Source: a virus
DNA length: 64,000 bases
Virus record (IMG/VR): IMGVR_UViG_3300010885_030180
Span: 39,606 to 103,605 of that record
Reading direction: 5' to 3' (one strand)
The notes below the pieces were generated by a model. The model was not told the DNA's origin. It did no database searches and worked only from the letters and a program-made list of their open reading frames with translations. The stretch's first letter is position 1, and every line of letters starts with the position of its first letter. Positions 55,604-63,908 of this stretch are shown in pieces. Position numbers and translations under genes: made by a program.

Positions 55604-57286
55604 ATGGCAGTCGTTTCAATTTCACGGATACAAGTCCGAAGAGGACAAGAAAACCAAACAGGTGTGCCTGTATTAGCGGGCGGCGAATTTGGTTGGGCAG
55701 CAGATACTGAAAATTTGTACATCGGTCTACGTAGAGAAGACGGTGGATCTAGAGACGATAATGTTAGAATTCTAACAGAAAACGATCTAGTAAACTTTTT
55801 CAGCAATCTACCAGAACCCTCTGATTCTGTCAGTTATACATATCGCAGTGAAACTGATGATGGCATAACAGATGGTATTACTGCGTTAACAGTTGGCGGA
55901 CAACCATATCAACGATTACTACGTAAAAAATCTGATGATTTTGTTAGTATTGCAGACTTTGGAGTTGTTGGCGTAGGAAACGAAACTACTAAGATACAAA
56001 AAGCTATTGATAATCTATTTTTAGATCCTTTAAAAACTAATAGCAAATACGGAGAATATTCTGCTAAGATTTTATATCTCCCAGCAGGCATATATAATAT
56101 TGATACTGCAATTTTTGTTCCTGCCTACACTACTATCGTAGGTGAAGGTATTGGTAAAACTATTATTAATCTTATATCTGATGCCGCTCATGCATTTCAA
56201 ACAGTAGGATCAGACCAAGCAACTGAAGGACGAACAACTTTTGAAGCTGGAATTAGTTCAGGTATTACACAACCTAACTATCTACACTTAGAAGGAATGA
56301 CTATTCAATACGATAGCGTAGAAACTAATGTAGAAAATGGTTATAGTTTGATCAGTATTGATTGCTCTGAAAATGCATTAATTAAACGTGTTAAATTCAT
56401 CGGACATCATTTACCAGCAGATGGTGTTAATATAGATTATTCAGGTATTGATATACGCGGCAACGGTGCATTACAAGTATCATCTGAAAATGTATTAATT
56501 GACAATTGTACATTTGAAGGATTATACAGCGGAGTTAAATCAAACTACGATATTGTAAATCCTATTGTACAAAATTCTAAATTCTATAATTCAGTACGTG
56601 GCATTTCATTCAATGATACCAAAGATGTAACTGCTACATATGGCCCTAGATATGGTCGTATATTAAATAACAGATTTGAAAATATTGAGAGAGAAGCAAT
56701 TTATGTTGGCGAGTCTGATGTTGGTACATATCACATTAGTATGAATAACCAATTTTATAATGTTGGTAATAACGGTATAGATGAAGAGAATTCCGCTTAT
56801 CCTATCATAACATATCTATCTGATGGCAATATAACTGTTAACGATTACTTTGATAGACAAGATTGGCAAACTCAAAATACTACAGTAGGTACATATAACC
56901 CTTTAGTAAATGGTGTTGCTGCATTAGATAGCGTAAGTGTTAATAGAAAAACTCTTGTAAACGGAGTATATACAACTATTTTAAAACTTCCTATTATAAC
57001 AACTGAAGCACAACAGTTAGTAATTAAATATCATATGTTTGAAGAAGATCAGCTGAATCCAGGTGCATATACTGTTGATAGGATGGGAACATTTAAACTA
57101 CATCTTCAACCGGGTGCTGAACCCACTAATACAAATGTAACTGATGAATACTCCTACGGTGCAGGAGAAGGAGACACTGAATGGTTAGTAGTTACTAATT
57201 CAGCACAAGGGTATTATGAGTTGCAATTAAAATATACCGGACTAACCGATATAACATTTACTTTCCAAACTTCACTGATGCTGTAA
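55604..57286 (+). CDS. Tail/baseplate protein with an Mtd_N-like start and pectate-lyase-superfamily beta-helix
   Basis: ISRIQVRRG...LAGGEFGWA.DTE.LYIG; VSIADFGVVG...IQKAID...LYLPAGIYNI...IVGEG. Confidence 0.8.
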   Translation: MAVVSISRIQVRRGQENQTGVPVLAGGEFGWAADTENLYIGLRREDGGSRDDNVRILTENDLVNFFSNLPEPSDSVSYTYRSETDDGITDGITALTVGGQPYQRLLRKKSDDFVSIADFGVVGVGNETTKIQKAIDNLFLDPLKTNSKYGEYSAKILYLPAGIYNIDTAIFVPAYTTIVGEGIGKTIINLISDAAHAFQTVGSDQATEGRTTFEAGISSGITQPNYLHLEGMTIQYDSVETNVENGYSLISIDCSENALIKRVKFIGHHLPADGVNIDYSGIDIRGNGALQVSSENVLIDNCTFEGLYSGVKSNYDIVNPIVQNSKFYNSVRGISFNDTKDVTATYGPRYGRILNNRFENIEREAIYVGESDVGTYHISMNNQFYNVGNNGIDEENSAYPIITYLSDGNITVNDYFDRQDWQTQNTTVGTYNPLVNGVAALDSVSVNRKTLVNGVYTTILKLPIITTEAQQLVIKYHMFEEDQLNPGAYTVDRMGTFKLHLQPGAEPTNTNVTDEYSYGAGEGDTEWLVVTNSAQGYYELQLKYTGLTDITFTFQTSLML

Positions 57287-57290
57287 AATT

Positions 57291-57725
57291 ATGTTTAACC
57301 TATCTGTAGAAGAGAGACTAACAGAATGGATTGAGCACAGGAGAGCAGTAGATCAAAATACAGACCCATTACAATTAGTATGGGATTTTTGGCAAGCTGC
57401 TCCGTTCATTCCACATAATAGGAATATAGATCCTTACCATCAAAAAAGCTGGCCAAGCCCGTGGCAGATTATCGAAACCAACAAATACGACGATTTTACT
57501 AAAGCCCTAATGATTTGTTGGACTTTGAAATTGACAAAAAAATATCAAGATAGTAAGATAGAACTTAGAACATTAGTTGACTTTAATAAAACTAAAGAGT
57601 ACAATATAATATGTATCAATAATTCTTGGGTGCTAAATTACAGCGACGATGGACCTATTCCCATTAGTAATTTAATTGACGAATTTAAAGTTGAAAATAT
57701 AATAGAGATTAAGGGTCCTAGGTAA
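57291..57725 (+). CDS. Hypothetical protein (ERL.EW...R...W..AP...WPSPWQII..N.YDD motif)
   Basis: 144-aa ORF directly after the tail gene. Confidence 0.75.
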   Translation: MFNLSVEERLTEWIEHRRAVDQNTDPLQLVWDFWQAAPFIPHNRNIDPYHQKSWPSPWQIIETNKYDDFTKALMICWTLKLTKKYQDSKIELRTLVDFNKTKEYNIICINNSWVLNYSDDGPIPISNLIDEFKVENIIEIKGPR

Positions 57726-57756
57726 ATATCACCTAAGACATAAAAAGGTAAAAATA

Positions 57757-60084
57757 ATGATCACAGTAGTTAAGCGTAGTGGAAATCGGGTAACCATGGA
57801 TATTGAAAAGATACAACGTCAGGTAGCTTATTCATGTAAAGGAATTGATAATGTAAGTCCTAGCATGATTGAAATAAAAGCCCAGATTGAACTACATGAT
57901 GGAATGACTACTAAAACTATCGACGAGCTATTATTAAAGGCCATGGTAGATCTTATTGATGAATCTGAGAACCCAGAAATTAATAATGTAAACTATCAAT
58001 ATGTAGCAGGTCGTCAACGTGTTAGTATGTTGCGTAAAGAAGTATATGGACAATATGAGCCTCCTTCTCTTTATAGTATTGTTAAGAAAAATATCAAAGC
58101 TGGAATGTATACTAATGAATTGCTAGATTGGTACACCGAAGATGAATGGAATATTATTGATTTGTTTATTGAACACAGTAAGGACGAAGAATATACCTAT
58201 GCAGCAATTGCACAACTATGTGAAAAATATCTAGTACAGAATCGTGCTAACGGAGAAATTTTTGAAACACCTCAAGTTCGATATGCTGTCGCCGCTGCTA
58301 CAGCATTCCACAAAGAACCAAAAGAAACAAGATTAAAATGGGTTAAGGAATATTATGAATGTGCAAGTGCAGGACATTTTACATTGGCTACACCAGTTCT
58401 GGCTGGACTTGGAACAACCACTAAGCAGTTTAGCTCTTGTGTATTGATAAGCTCAGATGACACTTTAGACAGTATCTTTGCTAGCGGCGAAATGATGGCC
58501 AAATATGCTTCAAAACGAGCCGGAATTGGACTGGAAATTGGCAGAATCAGACCGTTAGGTGCCCCAATTCGCAATGGTGAGATCAAGCATACTGGAATGA
58601 TACCTTTTCTGAAAAAGTGGTTTGCAGACCTTCGTAGCTGTAGTCAGGGTGGAATTCGTAATGCAAGTTGCACAGTCACATTCCCTATTTGGCATTACCA
58701 ATTTGAGGATTTGATTGTACTTAAAAACAATCAAGGAACTGACGAAGTGCGTGTGCGTCAAATGGATTACAGTGTAGTAGTCAATAAGATGTTTTGGAAT
58801 CGTTACAAGCGTGGCGAAACAATGAGCCTGTTTGATCCACACGATGTTCCGGACCTGTACGAAGCTTACTATCGCAACAGTGAAGAATTTGAACAACTAT
58901 ATTTAAATTATGAGAAGCATCCGACAATTAAAAAGAAAATCGTATCAGCAGATGAGATATTCAAAAATGGCATTCTTAAAGAGCGTACTGATACGGGGCG
59001 CATATATCTTGTCAATATCGATAACGTCATCAATCAAGGTCCGTTTGATACTACACTTGATCCCATTTATCAATCAAACCTATGCCAAGAGATACTTCTA
59101 CCCACAAAACCTTTCCAGAGAATTGAAGATCCAGAGGGACGCATCGCTCTTTGCACTCTTGGGTCAATAAACTGGGGTGCTTTCCGTAACCCACAAGAGA
59201 TGCGCAAGGCTTGTCGTGTGTTGGTTCGTAGTTTGAGTAATTTACTAGGCTATCAGGATTTCCTAAGCATACAGAGCAAACTTGCTAATGATGAATTTGA
59301 ACCACTAGGTGTGGGCATTACTAACTTGGCCTACTGGCATGCACGACGCTCATACAAATATGGCACTCCAGAAGCACTTGCAGAAGTCAAGCGTTGGATG
59401 GAACATCAAGCATTTTACCTAACTGAAACAAGTGTCGAGCTTGCCCAAGAGCGTGGGCCATGCGGGCGTAGCCAGTACACGTATTACGGTAAGGGTGTGT
59501 TTCCTTGGGAACGCAGAGCAGCAGGCAGCAATGAACTAACTGACTTTACACCTAGCCTAGACTGGGAACCATTGCGAGCACGTATGATCAAGTACGGTAT
59601 TCGTAATGCTACATTGATGGCGATTGCTCCAGTTGAAAGTTCTAGTGTTGTTCTTAACAGCACCAACGGTATTGAGATGCCTATGGAACTTATTAGCGTT
59701 AAGGAATCTAAAGCAGGATCGTTTGTGCAGGTAGTACCAGAGTACAAACGCTTTAAGAATCGTTATCAAATGATGTGGGATCAAAAGGATTGTGTTGAAT
59801 ACTTAAAGACAGCCGCTGTACTTGCAGTGTATGTTGATCAAAGTATTAGTACCAATACATTCTATAGTCCCAAGCATTTTAAAGATGGAAAAGTACCCGG
59901 GACACTAATTGCTAAGAATTTAATGTTAGCATATAAGTGGGGTTTGAAATCAATTTATTACAGTCTCATAGACAAAGTGGGTAGTAAGAGTGTATTAAAC
60001 ACTCAAAGTGATAGATTAGTAGCAGCACAACCTGTTACAATATATGAAGAAGATGATGAAGATTGTTTAGCCTGCAAACTCTAA
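57757..60084 (+). CDS. nrdA: Class Ia ribonucleotide reductase alpha subunit with ATP cone
   Basis: VVKRSG ATP-cone start; SSCV, GGIR, QSNLCQEI, ALCTL, KSIYY and C-terminal CLACKL motifs. Confidence 0.97.
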   Translation: MITVVKRSGNRVTMDIEKIQRQVAYSCKGIDNVSPSMIEIKAQIELHDGMTTKTIDELLLKAMVDLIDESENPEINNVNYQYVAGRQRVSMLRKEVYGQYEPPSLYSIVKKNIKAGMYTNELLDWYTEDEWNIIDLFIEHSKDEEYTYAAIAQLCEKYLVQNRANGEIFETPQVRYAVAAATAFHKEPKETRLKWVKEYYECASAGHFTLATPVLAGLGTTTKQFSSCVLISSDDTLDSIFASGEMMAKYASKRAGIGLEIGRIRPLGAPIRNGEIKHTGMIPFLKKWFADLRSCSQGGIRNASCTVTFPIWHYQFEDLIVLKNNQGTDEVRVRQMDYSVVVNKMFWNRYKRGETMSLFDPHDVPDLYEAYYRNSEEFEQLYLNYEKHPTIKKKIVSADEIFKNGILKERTDTGRIYLVNIDNVINQGPFDTTLDPIYQSNLCQEILLPTKPFQRIEDPEGRIALCTLGSINWGAFRNPQEMRKACRVLVRSLSNLLGYQDFLSIQSKLANDEFEPLGVGITNLAYWHARRSYKYGTPEALAEVKRWMEHQAFYLTETSVELAQERGPCGRSQYTYYGKGVFPWERRAAGSNELTDFTPSLDWEPLRARMIKYGIRNATLMAIAPVESSSVVLNSTNGIEMPMELISVKESKAGSFVQVVPEYKRFKNRYQMMWDQKDCVEYLKTAAVLAVYVDQSISTNTFYSPKHFKDGKVPGTLIAKNLMLAYKWGLKSIYYSLIDKVGSKSVLNTQSDRLVAAQPVTIYEEDDEDCLACKL

Positions 60085-60090
60085 AATATT

Positions 60091-61191
60091 ATGTCAATAG
60101 AACAATACAATTTAACAAAACCAACAAACTATCTTAAGCGTATGATGTTTCTGGATCCTGCTGGGCCAGTTACAGTACAACGGTTTGAAGAAGTGAAATA
60201 TAACAAACTACAGAAGTACGAAGAATTAGCCCGTGGGTTCTTTTGGGTTCCGGAAGAAATTAGTCTTACCAAAGACAAAATGGATCACAAAGAATCCAGC
60301 GATGCAGTTAAACATATCTTTACTAGCAATCTACTTAGACAAACAGCACTAGACAGTATTCAAGGCAGAGCACCATTCCAAATTTTTGGACCGGTGTGCA
60401 GTCTGCCTGAACTAGAAGCATTGTTAATGATATGGTCGATGTTTGAAACAAATTTACACAGCAAATCATATAGTCACATTATCAGAAATATCTACAGCGT
60501 GCCTAAAGACGAATTCAACAAGATTCACGATACCAAAGAAATTGTTGAAATGGCTGCGAACATTGGACGTCATTATGAACATCTACACTTACTTAACTGC
60601 CGTAAAGAACTGGGTGAGGAAATTGATCTCCATACTCACAAGCGAGCAATTTGGATGGCATTACATGCAAGTTATGCACTCGAGGCATTGCGATTCATGG
60701 TCTCATTTGCCACTTCGCTCGCAATGGTCGAAAACAAAATCTACATCGGCAACGGAAACATTATCAGCCTTATCCTCCAAGACGAACTCCTCCACACAGA
60801 ATGGACCGCTTGGTTGATTAACAATGTAACCAAGGATGATCCAGACTTTATTGCTCTTGATGCAGAATGTGCAGACGAAGTATACGCTATGTATATGGAA
60901 GTTATCAATGAGGAAAAAGCCTGGGCAGATTACCTGTTTAAGAAAGGTCCAGTCATTGGACTTAATGCAAACATTCTAAAAGACTTCGTTGACTTTACTG
61001 CATTCAATCGTTTGAAAGATATCGGTATCAAGTACGAAGAAGAGCATCCAAGAGCAAGTCCTATTCCTTGGTTTAACAAACACGTTAACATCGGCAAGAA
61101 ACAAAGTGCTTTGCAGGAAACTGAAAGTACAAATTATGTTGTAGGCGTTATGAGCGATAGCGTCACACACGACGAGTTGCCAGATCTATAA
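60091..61191 (+). CDS. nrdB: Class I ribonucleotide reductase beta subunit
   Basis: FFWVPEE, QTALDSIQGR, E-T-N-L-H-S-K-S-Y, LEALRFMVSF, DELLH, QETESTNY. Confidence 0.95.
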   Translation: MSIEQYNLTKPTNYLKRMMFLDPAGPVTVQRFEEVKYNKLQKYEELARGFFWVPEEISLTKDKMDHKESSDAVKHIFTSNLLRQTALDSIQGRAPFQIFGPVCSLPELEALLMIWSMFETNLHSKSYSHIIRNIYSVPKDEFNKIHDTKEIVEMAANIGRHYEHLHLLNCRKELGEEIDLHTHKRAIWMALHASYALEALRFMVSFATSLAMVENKIYIGNGNIISLILQDELLHTEWTAWLINNVTKDDPDFIALDAECADEVYAMYMEVINEEKAWADYLFKKGPVIGLNANILKDFVDFTAFNRLKDIGIKYEEEHPRASPIPWFNKHVNIGKKQSALQETESTNYVVGVMSDSVTHDELPDL

Positions 61192-61355
61192 TGTCTACCG
61201 ACGCTGATAAAATTACAAAACTTGAACAACAAGTTGCGCAATTGATTAAACAGAATCAAGAATTGAATCAGCGTGTTCAATTTTTAGAAAGAGAAAATAG
61301 TCGCAGACGAGGTGAGACCTCACAGATTGCGGCAGCAGTTAATAGAAGAGGGTAA
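61191..61355 (+). CDS. 54-aa coiled-coil protein MSTDADKITKLEQQVAQLIKQNQELNQRVQFLERENSRRRGETSQIAAAVNRRG
   Basis: TAATG-coupled to nrdB; fills the gap to glutaredoxin exactly; Leu heptads; not in the ORF track. Confidence 0.7.
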   Translation: MSTDADKITKLEQQVAQLIKQNQELNQRVQFLERENSRRRGETSQIAAAVNRRG

Positions 61356-61356
61356 A

Positions 61357-61578
61357 ATGAAAGTAGTAGTATGGAGCAAGTATAATTGCACATTCTGTGA
61401 TCAGGCAAAATCATTGTTGGGTCAGAGAGAGATTGCATTTGAAGAAAAGAAAATTGGCGATGGATATTCTAAAGAAGAATTGCTAGAAGAAATTCCCACA
61501 GCTAGATCAGTGCCACAAATCATTATTGATGGAAAAGCAATTGGTGGGTTTTCTGAATTAAAGGAATTTTTAAAATGA
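61357..61578 (+). CDS. Glutaredoxin
   Basis: MKVVVWSKYNCTFCDQAK...RSVPQIII.G..IGGF; likely start ATG 61357 with SD GAGGG. Confidence 0.9.
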   Translation: MKVVVWSKYNCTFCDQAKSLLGQREIAFEEKKIGDGYSKEELLEEIPTARSVPQIIIDGKAIGGFSELKEFLK

Positions 61579-62003
61579 AAGACGTTACTTATAACATAGA
61601 TGATGTAACTATCAACACACTAGATTATGGCAAACTTGCAATAGACACATTAACCTCAAGTATGATTGGGCCATATCCCAGTTACAATACAGGAGTCGGG
61701 GCAGTTGGAGCAAATGGTAGTAATGGAACCTACTATACTACTAACACCGGTGCCAATTGGGGTAGCATTGGTACTAGTACTAGCCAACCTTCAATACAAG
61801 TAAAAGGTGATGCAGTGTTTGAAGGCAAGGTTATGATAAACGGCCGGAATATCTCAGAATTTATGGAAGCTATTTCAAAGCGTCTGTCCATACTGGTTCC
61901 AGACCCTGAAAAGTTAGAACACTTTGAAGCATTAAAGAAAGCATATGACCACTATAAATTATTAGAGGCCCTATGCGAATTACCAACAGAACCAAAGGAA
62001 TAA
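61575..62003 (+). CDS. Hypothetical protein
   Basis: ATGA-coupled; C-terminal RL.IL.PDPEKLE.FEALKKAYDHYK.LE.L. Confidence 0.75.
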   Translation: MKDVTYNIDDVTINTLDYGKLAIDTLTSSMIGPYPSYNTGVGAVGANGSNGTYYTTNTGANWGSIGTSTSQPSIQVKGDAVFEGKVMINGRNISEFMEAISKRLSILVPDPEKLEHFEALKKAYDHYKLLEALCELPTEPKE

Positions 62004-62004
62004 T

Positions 62005-62292
62005 ATGTTGATTGAAAGAGGATTTACCAGCGCAGACGTTATCAGTTTGAAATTGATCAACGGTGAAGAATTGATTGCGCGGTTTGATAGTGAGACTGCA
62101 GAGACTGTTAAAATTATCAAACCACTATGCGTTACACTAAATGGACAAGGTGTTGGATTGATGCCTTGGATGTTTCTAGGTAATGGTAAAGAAGTAACTA
62201 TTAACAAGTCACACATTTTTGCCATGATGACTAGTAAGCACGATGCTGCTGACCAATATAGAGATAGCACCACTGATATTGCCCTACGGTAA
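62005..62292 (+). CDS. Small beta-barrel (Sm-like-looking) phage protein
   Basis: DVISLKLINGEELIARF...IIKPL...GLMPWM...INKSHI...ADQY. Confidence 0.7.
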   Translation: MLIERGFTSADVISLKLINGEELIARFDSETAETVKIIKPLCVTLNGQGVGLMPWMFLGNGKEVTINKSHIFAMMTSKHDAADQYRDSTTDIALR

Positions 62293-62313
62293 ATATTAGT
62301 TTAGGATATTGAT

Positions 62314-63156
62314 ATGCCATATGTACCAGGCGCAGTAGTTCACGGTGTAACTCACGTTGCCGATGTCTATAATTCACCAAATGTTTACATAAACAATGTT
62401 TTGGTTGCACTTTGGAATCCAGCAGGATCTACTGCACCATTTGGCACAGTGTCTGTATCAGTATCAGTTAGTATTCCAGAAGGTGATCAAGCGGCTGCTG
62501 TGGCGTTAGTTGACGACTATGTTACAGCCCAAACTGGCCAACCTAATGATTATTATAAACCAGAAGCTGTTGCTGACGGAGTTAAAGGTAACTATGCAGG
62601 TACTCCTGAATCATCAAGTGTACCAGACGGGGCTGTGGCCACTGATCCAACTGCATCAGATATTATACCATTCTTACAAGCAAGATTAGCAGAAGCAGCA
62701 ACTGGTACATGGAGAGAAACTGGACAAGGCGGTGCAGCAAGTAATTCTAAGATTACCGGCATTTGGACCAATCTTGGATATCCTGCAAGTAATCCTTGGA
62801 CTACTGATCAAACTGCTTGGTGCATGGGCTTTGTTAACTACACTCTTAAGAGTTGTGGATATAAGTATGTACAGACTGCTAGTGCTGCTGCGATTACTAC
62901 TAGTCCAGAAAAGTGGACCGCGGTACAAGTACCAAAGGCAGAAGCACAACCGGGTGATATTGCATTCTGGAGTTATAGGCATGTAAACTTTGTATATACT
63001 GCGGCCAACGGCAAGTACAGTTTTGTAGGTGGAAATCAAACACCTAGTGGTGGTAAGAACAATCCAGACGACGGAGATTTAACTATCTCGTATCCAGGCG
63101 GTACTGCTGCTAGTAATGCAAATTGGGTTAGTTGCTGGCGTATAACTAAAGCATAA
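62314..63156 (+). CDS. NlpC/P60-CHAP-like (TIGR02594-type) peptidoglycan hydrolase, probably virion/baseplate associated
   Basis: WRETG...N..I..IW...DQTAWCMGFVN...PGDIAFW..RHVNFV...VGGNQ (Cys-His dyad); GTAAATA box at 62289-62295. Confidence 0.75.
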   Translation: MPYVPGAVVHGVTHVADVYNSPNVYINNVLVALWNPAGSTAPFGTVSVSVSVSIPEGDQAAAVALVDDYVTAQTGQPNDYYKPEAVADGVKGNYAGTPESSSVPDGAVATDPTASDIIPFLQARLAEAATGTWRETGQGGAASNSKITGIWTNLGYPASNPWTTDQTAWCMGFVNYTLKSCGYKYVQTASAAAITTSPEKWTAVQVPKAEAQPGDIAFWSYRHVNFVYTAANGKYSFVGGNQTPSGGKNNPDDGDLTISYPGGTAASNANWVSCWRITKA

Positions 63157-63163
63157 GTATTAT

Positions 63164-63251
63164 AGTCTGCAAGGGCATAATGTGTAACATTTAGTAAGGT
63201 GCAAGTCCGGGAGGTTGGAGGGGCCAATACTTGCAGATTCCTCCACTTTTT
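63164..63251 (+). ncRNA. Candidate pseudoknotted small RNA (unassigned)
   Basis: Stems AGTCTGCAAG/CTTGCAGATT (63164-73 with 63230-39), TGGAGG/CCTCCA (63216-21 with 63240-45) and AATGT/ACATT; ends in TTTTT; ATAAGTA box 4 nt upstream. Confidence 0.5.
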
Positions 63252-63264
63252 GGTAAAATTATAG

Positions 63265-63293
63265 TTGACAATACGGTAAAACCGTGTTATAAT
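63265..63293 (+). promoter_or_regulatory. Consensus sigma70 promoter with extended -10
   Basis: TTGACA, 17-nt spacer, TATAAT preceded by TG. Confidence 0.85.
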
Positions 63294-63322
63294 TATTACT
63301 TAACAACATACAGGAGTCTACT

Positions 63323-63469
63323 ATGCGTAAATACAAATTATGGGTTCGTATCAGTGCTTATCAAACAGCTAACATTTATATGTATGCTGAAAATTCATTG
63401 CAAGCTAAAATGCTAGCCGAATGCCAATATGGTGTAGGACAAGTACTCCATTATATGGAAGCAGATTAA
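63323..63469 (+). CDS. 48-aa early protein MRKYKLWVRISAYQTANIYMYAENSLQAKMLAECQYGVGQVLHYMEAD
   Basis: SD AGGAG directly downstream of the consensus promoter; not in the ORF track. Confidence 0.7.
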   Translation: MRKYKLWVRISAYQTANIYMYAENSLQAKMLAECQYGVGQVLHYMEAD

Positions 63470-63470
63470 A

Positions 63471-63821
63471 TTGAAAAATACTATGTACGTAAACAAATCA
63501 AGTAAAAATATTATAGCATTAGCATTGGCTATGTCTGTAAGTTCTACGTGGGCAGATGTTTATCGAGAATATCGATATGCTCCCCGTGTAGTTCAAGTAG
63601 AACGACATGCACAGGCTGATATCTTAGTTCCTCTAATTATTGGAGGAATGGTAGGTGCTGCAATTGCCAATCAAAATCAACCACAGCCTGTGCCACAACA
63701 ACAAGTGTTCATCCAGCGTGAACCAGTAGTTGTACAGCAGCAAACAGTGTGTTATGGTTGGAAGGAAATTCAAATGCCTGATGGGCAAATTTATCGTGAG
63801 CGTACCTGCTACCTACGATAA
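63471..63821 (+). CDS. Exported/membrane protein with a glycine-zipper-like segment
   Basis: Signal-like KNIIALALAMSVSSTWA, hydrophobic LVPLIIGGMVGAAIA, Gln/Pro linker and C-terminal Cys pair; start may be ATG 63483. Confidence 0.7.
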   Translation: MKNTMYVNKSSKNIIALALAMSVSSTWADVYREYRYAPRVVQVERHAQADILVPLIIGGMVGAAIANQNQPQPVPQQQVFIQREPVVVQQQTVCYGWKEIQMPDGQIYRERTCYLR

Positions 63822-63828
63822 GTAAGAG

Positions 63829-63894
63829 TTATGATGGTATGAAGTAGATTGAAAAGGATTCAAGACGCGGGTTCGAATCCCGCCAGGTCCACCA
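63829..63894 (+). ncRNA. ssrA: tmRNA 3' (acceptor) piece, apparently circularly permuted
   Basis: GAC-GCGGG-TTCGAAT-CCCGC-CAGGTCC-A-CCA: T arm, U70, discriminator A and encoded CCA, as in tmRNA 3' ends; no pairing 5' strand (GGGCCTG) in the preceding region; 5' boundary approximate. Confidence 0.75.
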
Positions 63895-63908
63895 TAAGGA
63901 AGTTTGTT

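Noticed and set aside
51039-61356. ORF-track starts at 51039 (TTG) and 61312 (GTG), and likewise 46727, 29169 and 176
   Set aside because: Better-supported starts are 51087, 61357 and 46739; 29169 and 176 are internal codons of longer open frames
63220-63240. GGGGCCAATACTTGCAGATTC as the tmRNA 5' end
   Set aside because: Pairs at most 5 of 7 positions with CAGGTCC, is committed to the local stem/pseudoknot, and is separated from the 3' end by a promoter and two ORFs
63231-63416. 61-aa ORF from the track
   Set aside because: Runs across the RNA candidate and the sigma70 promoter with no SD; the 63323..63469 ORF in another frame has a proper SD
63819-63894. A complete tRNA gene
   Set aside because: Only the T arm and 3' acceptor strand are present; no matching 5' acceptor strand, D arm or anticodon arm
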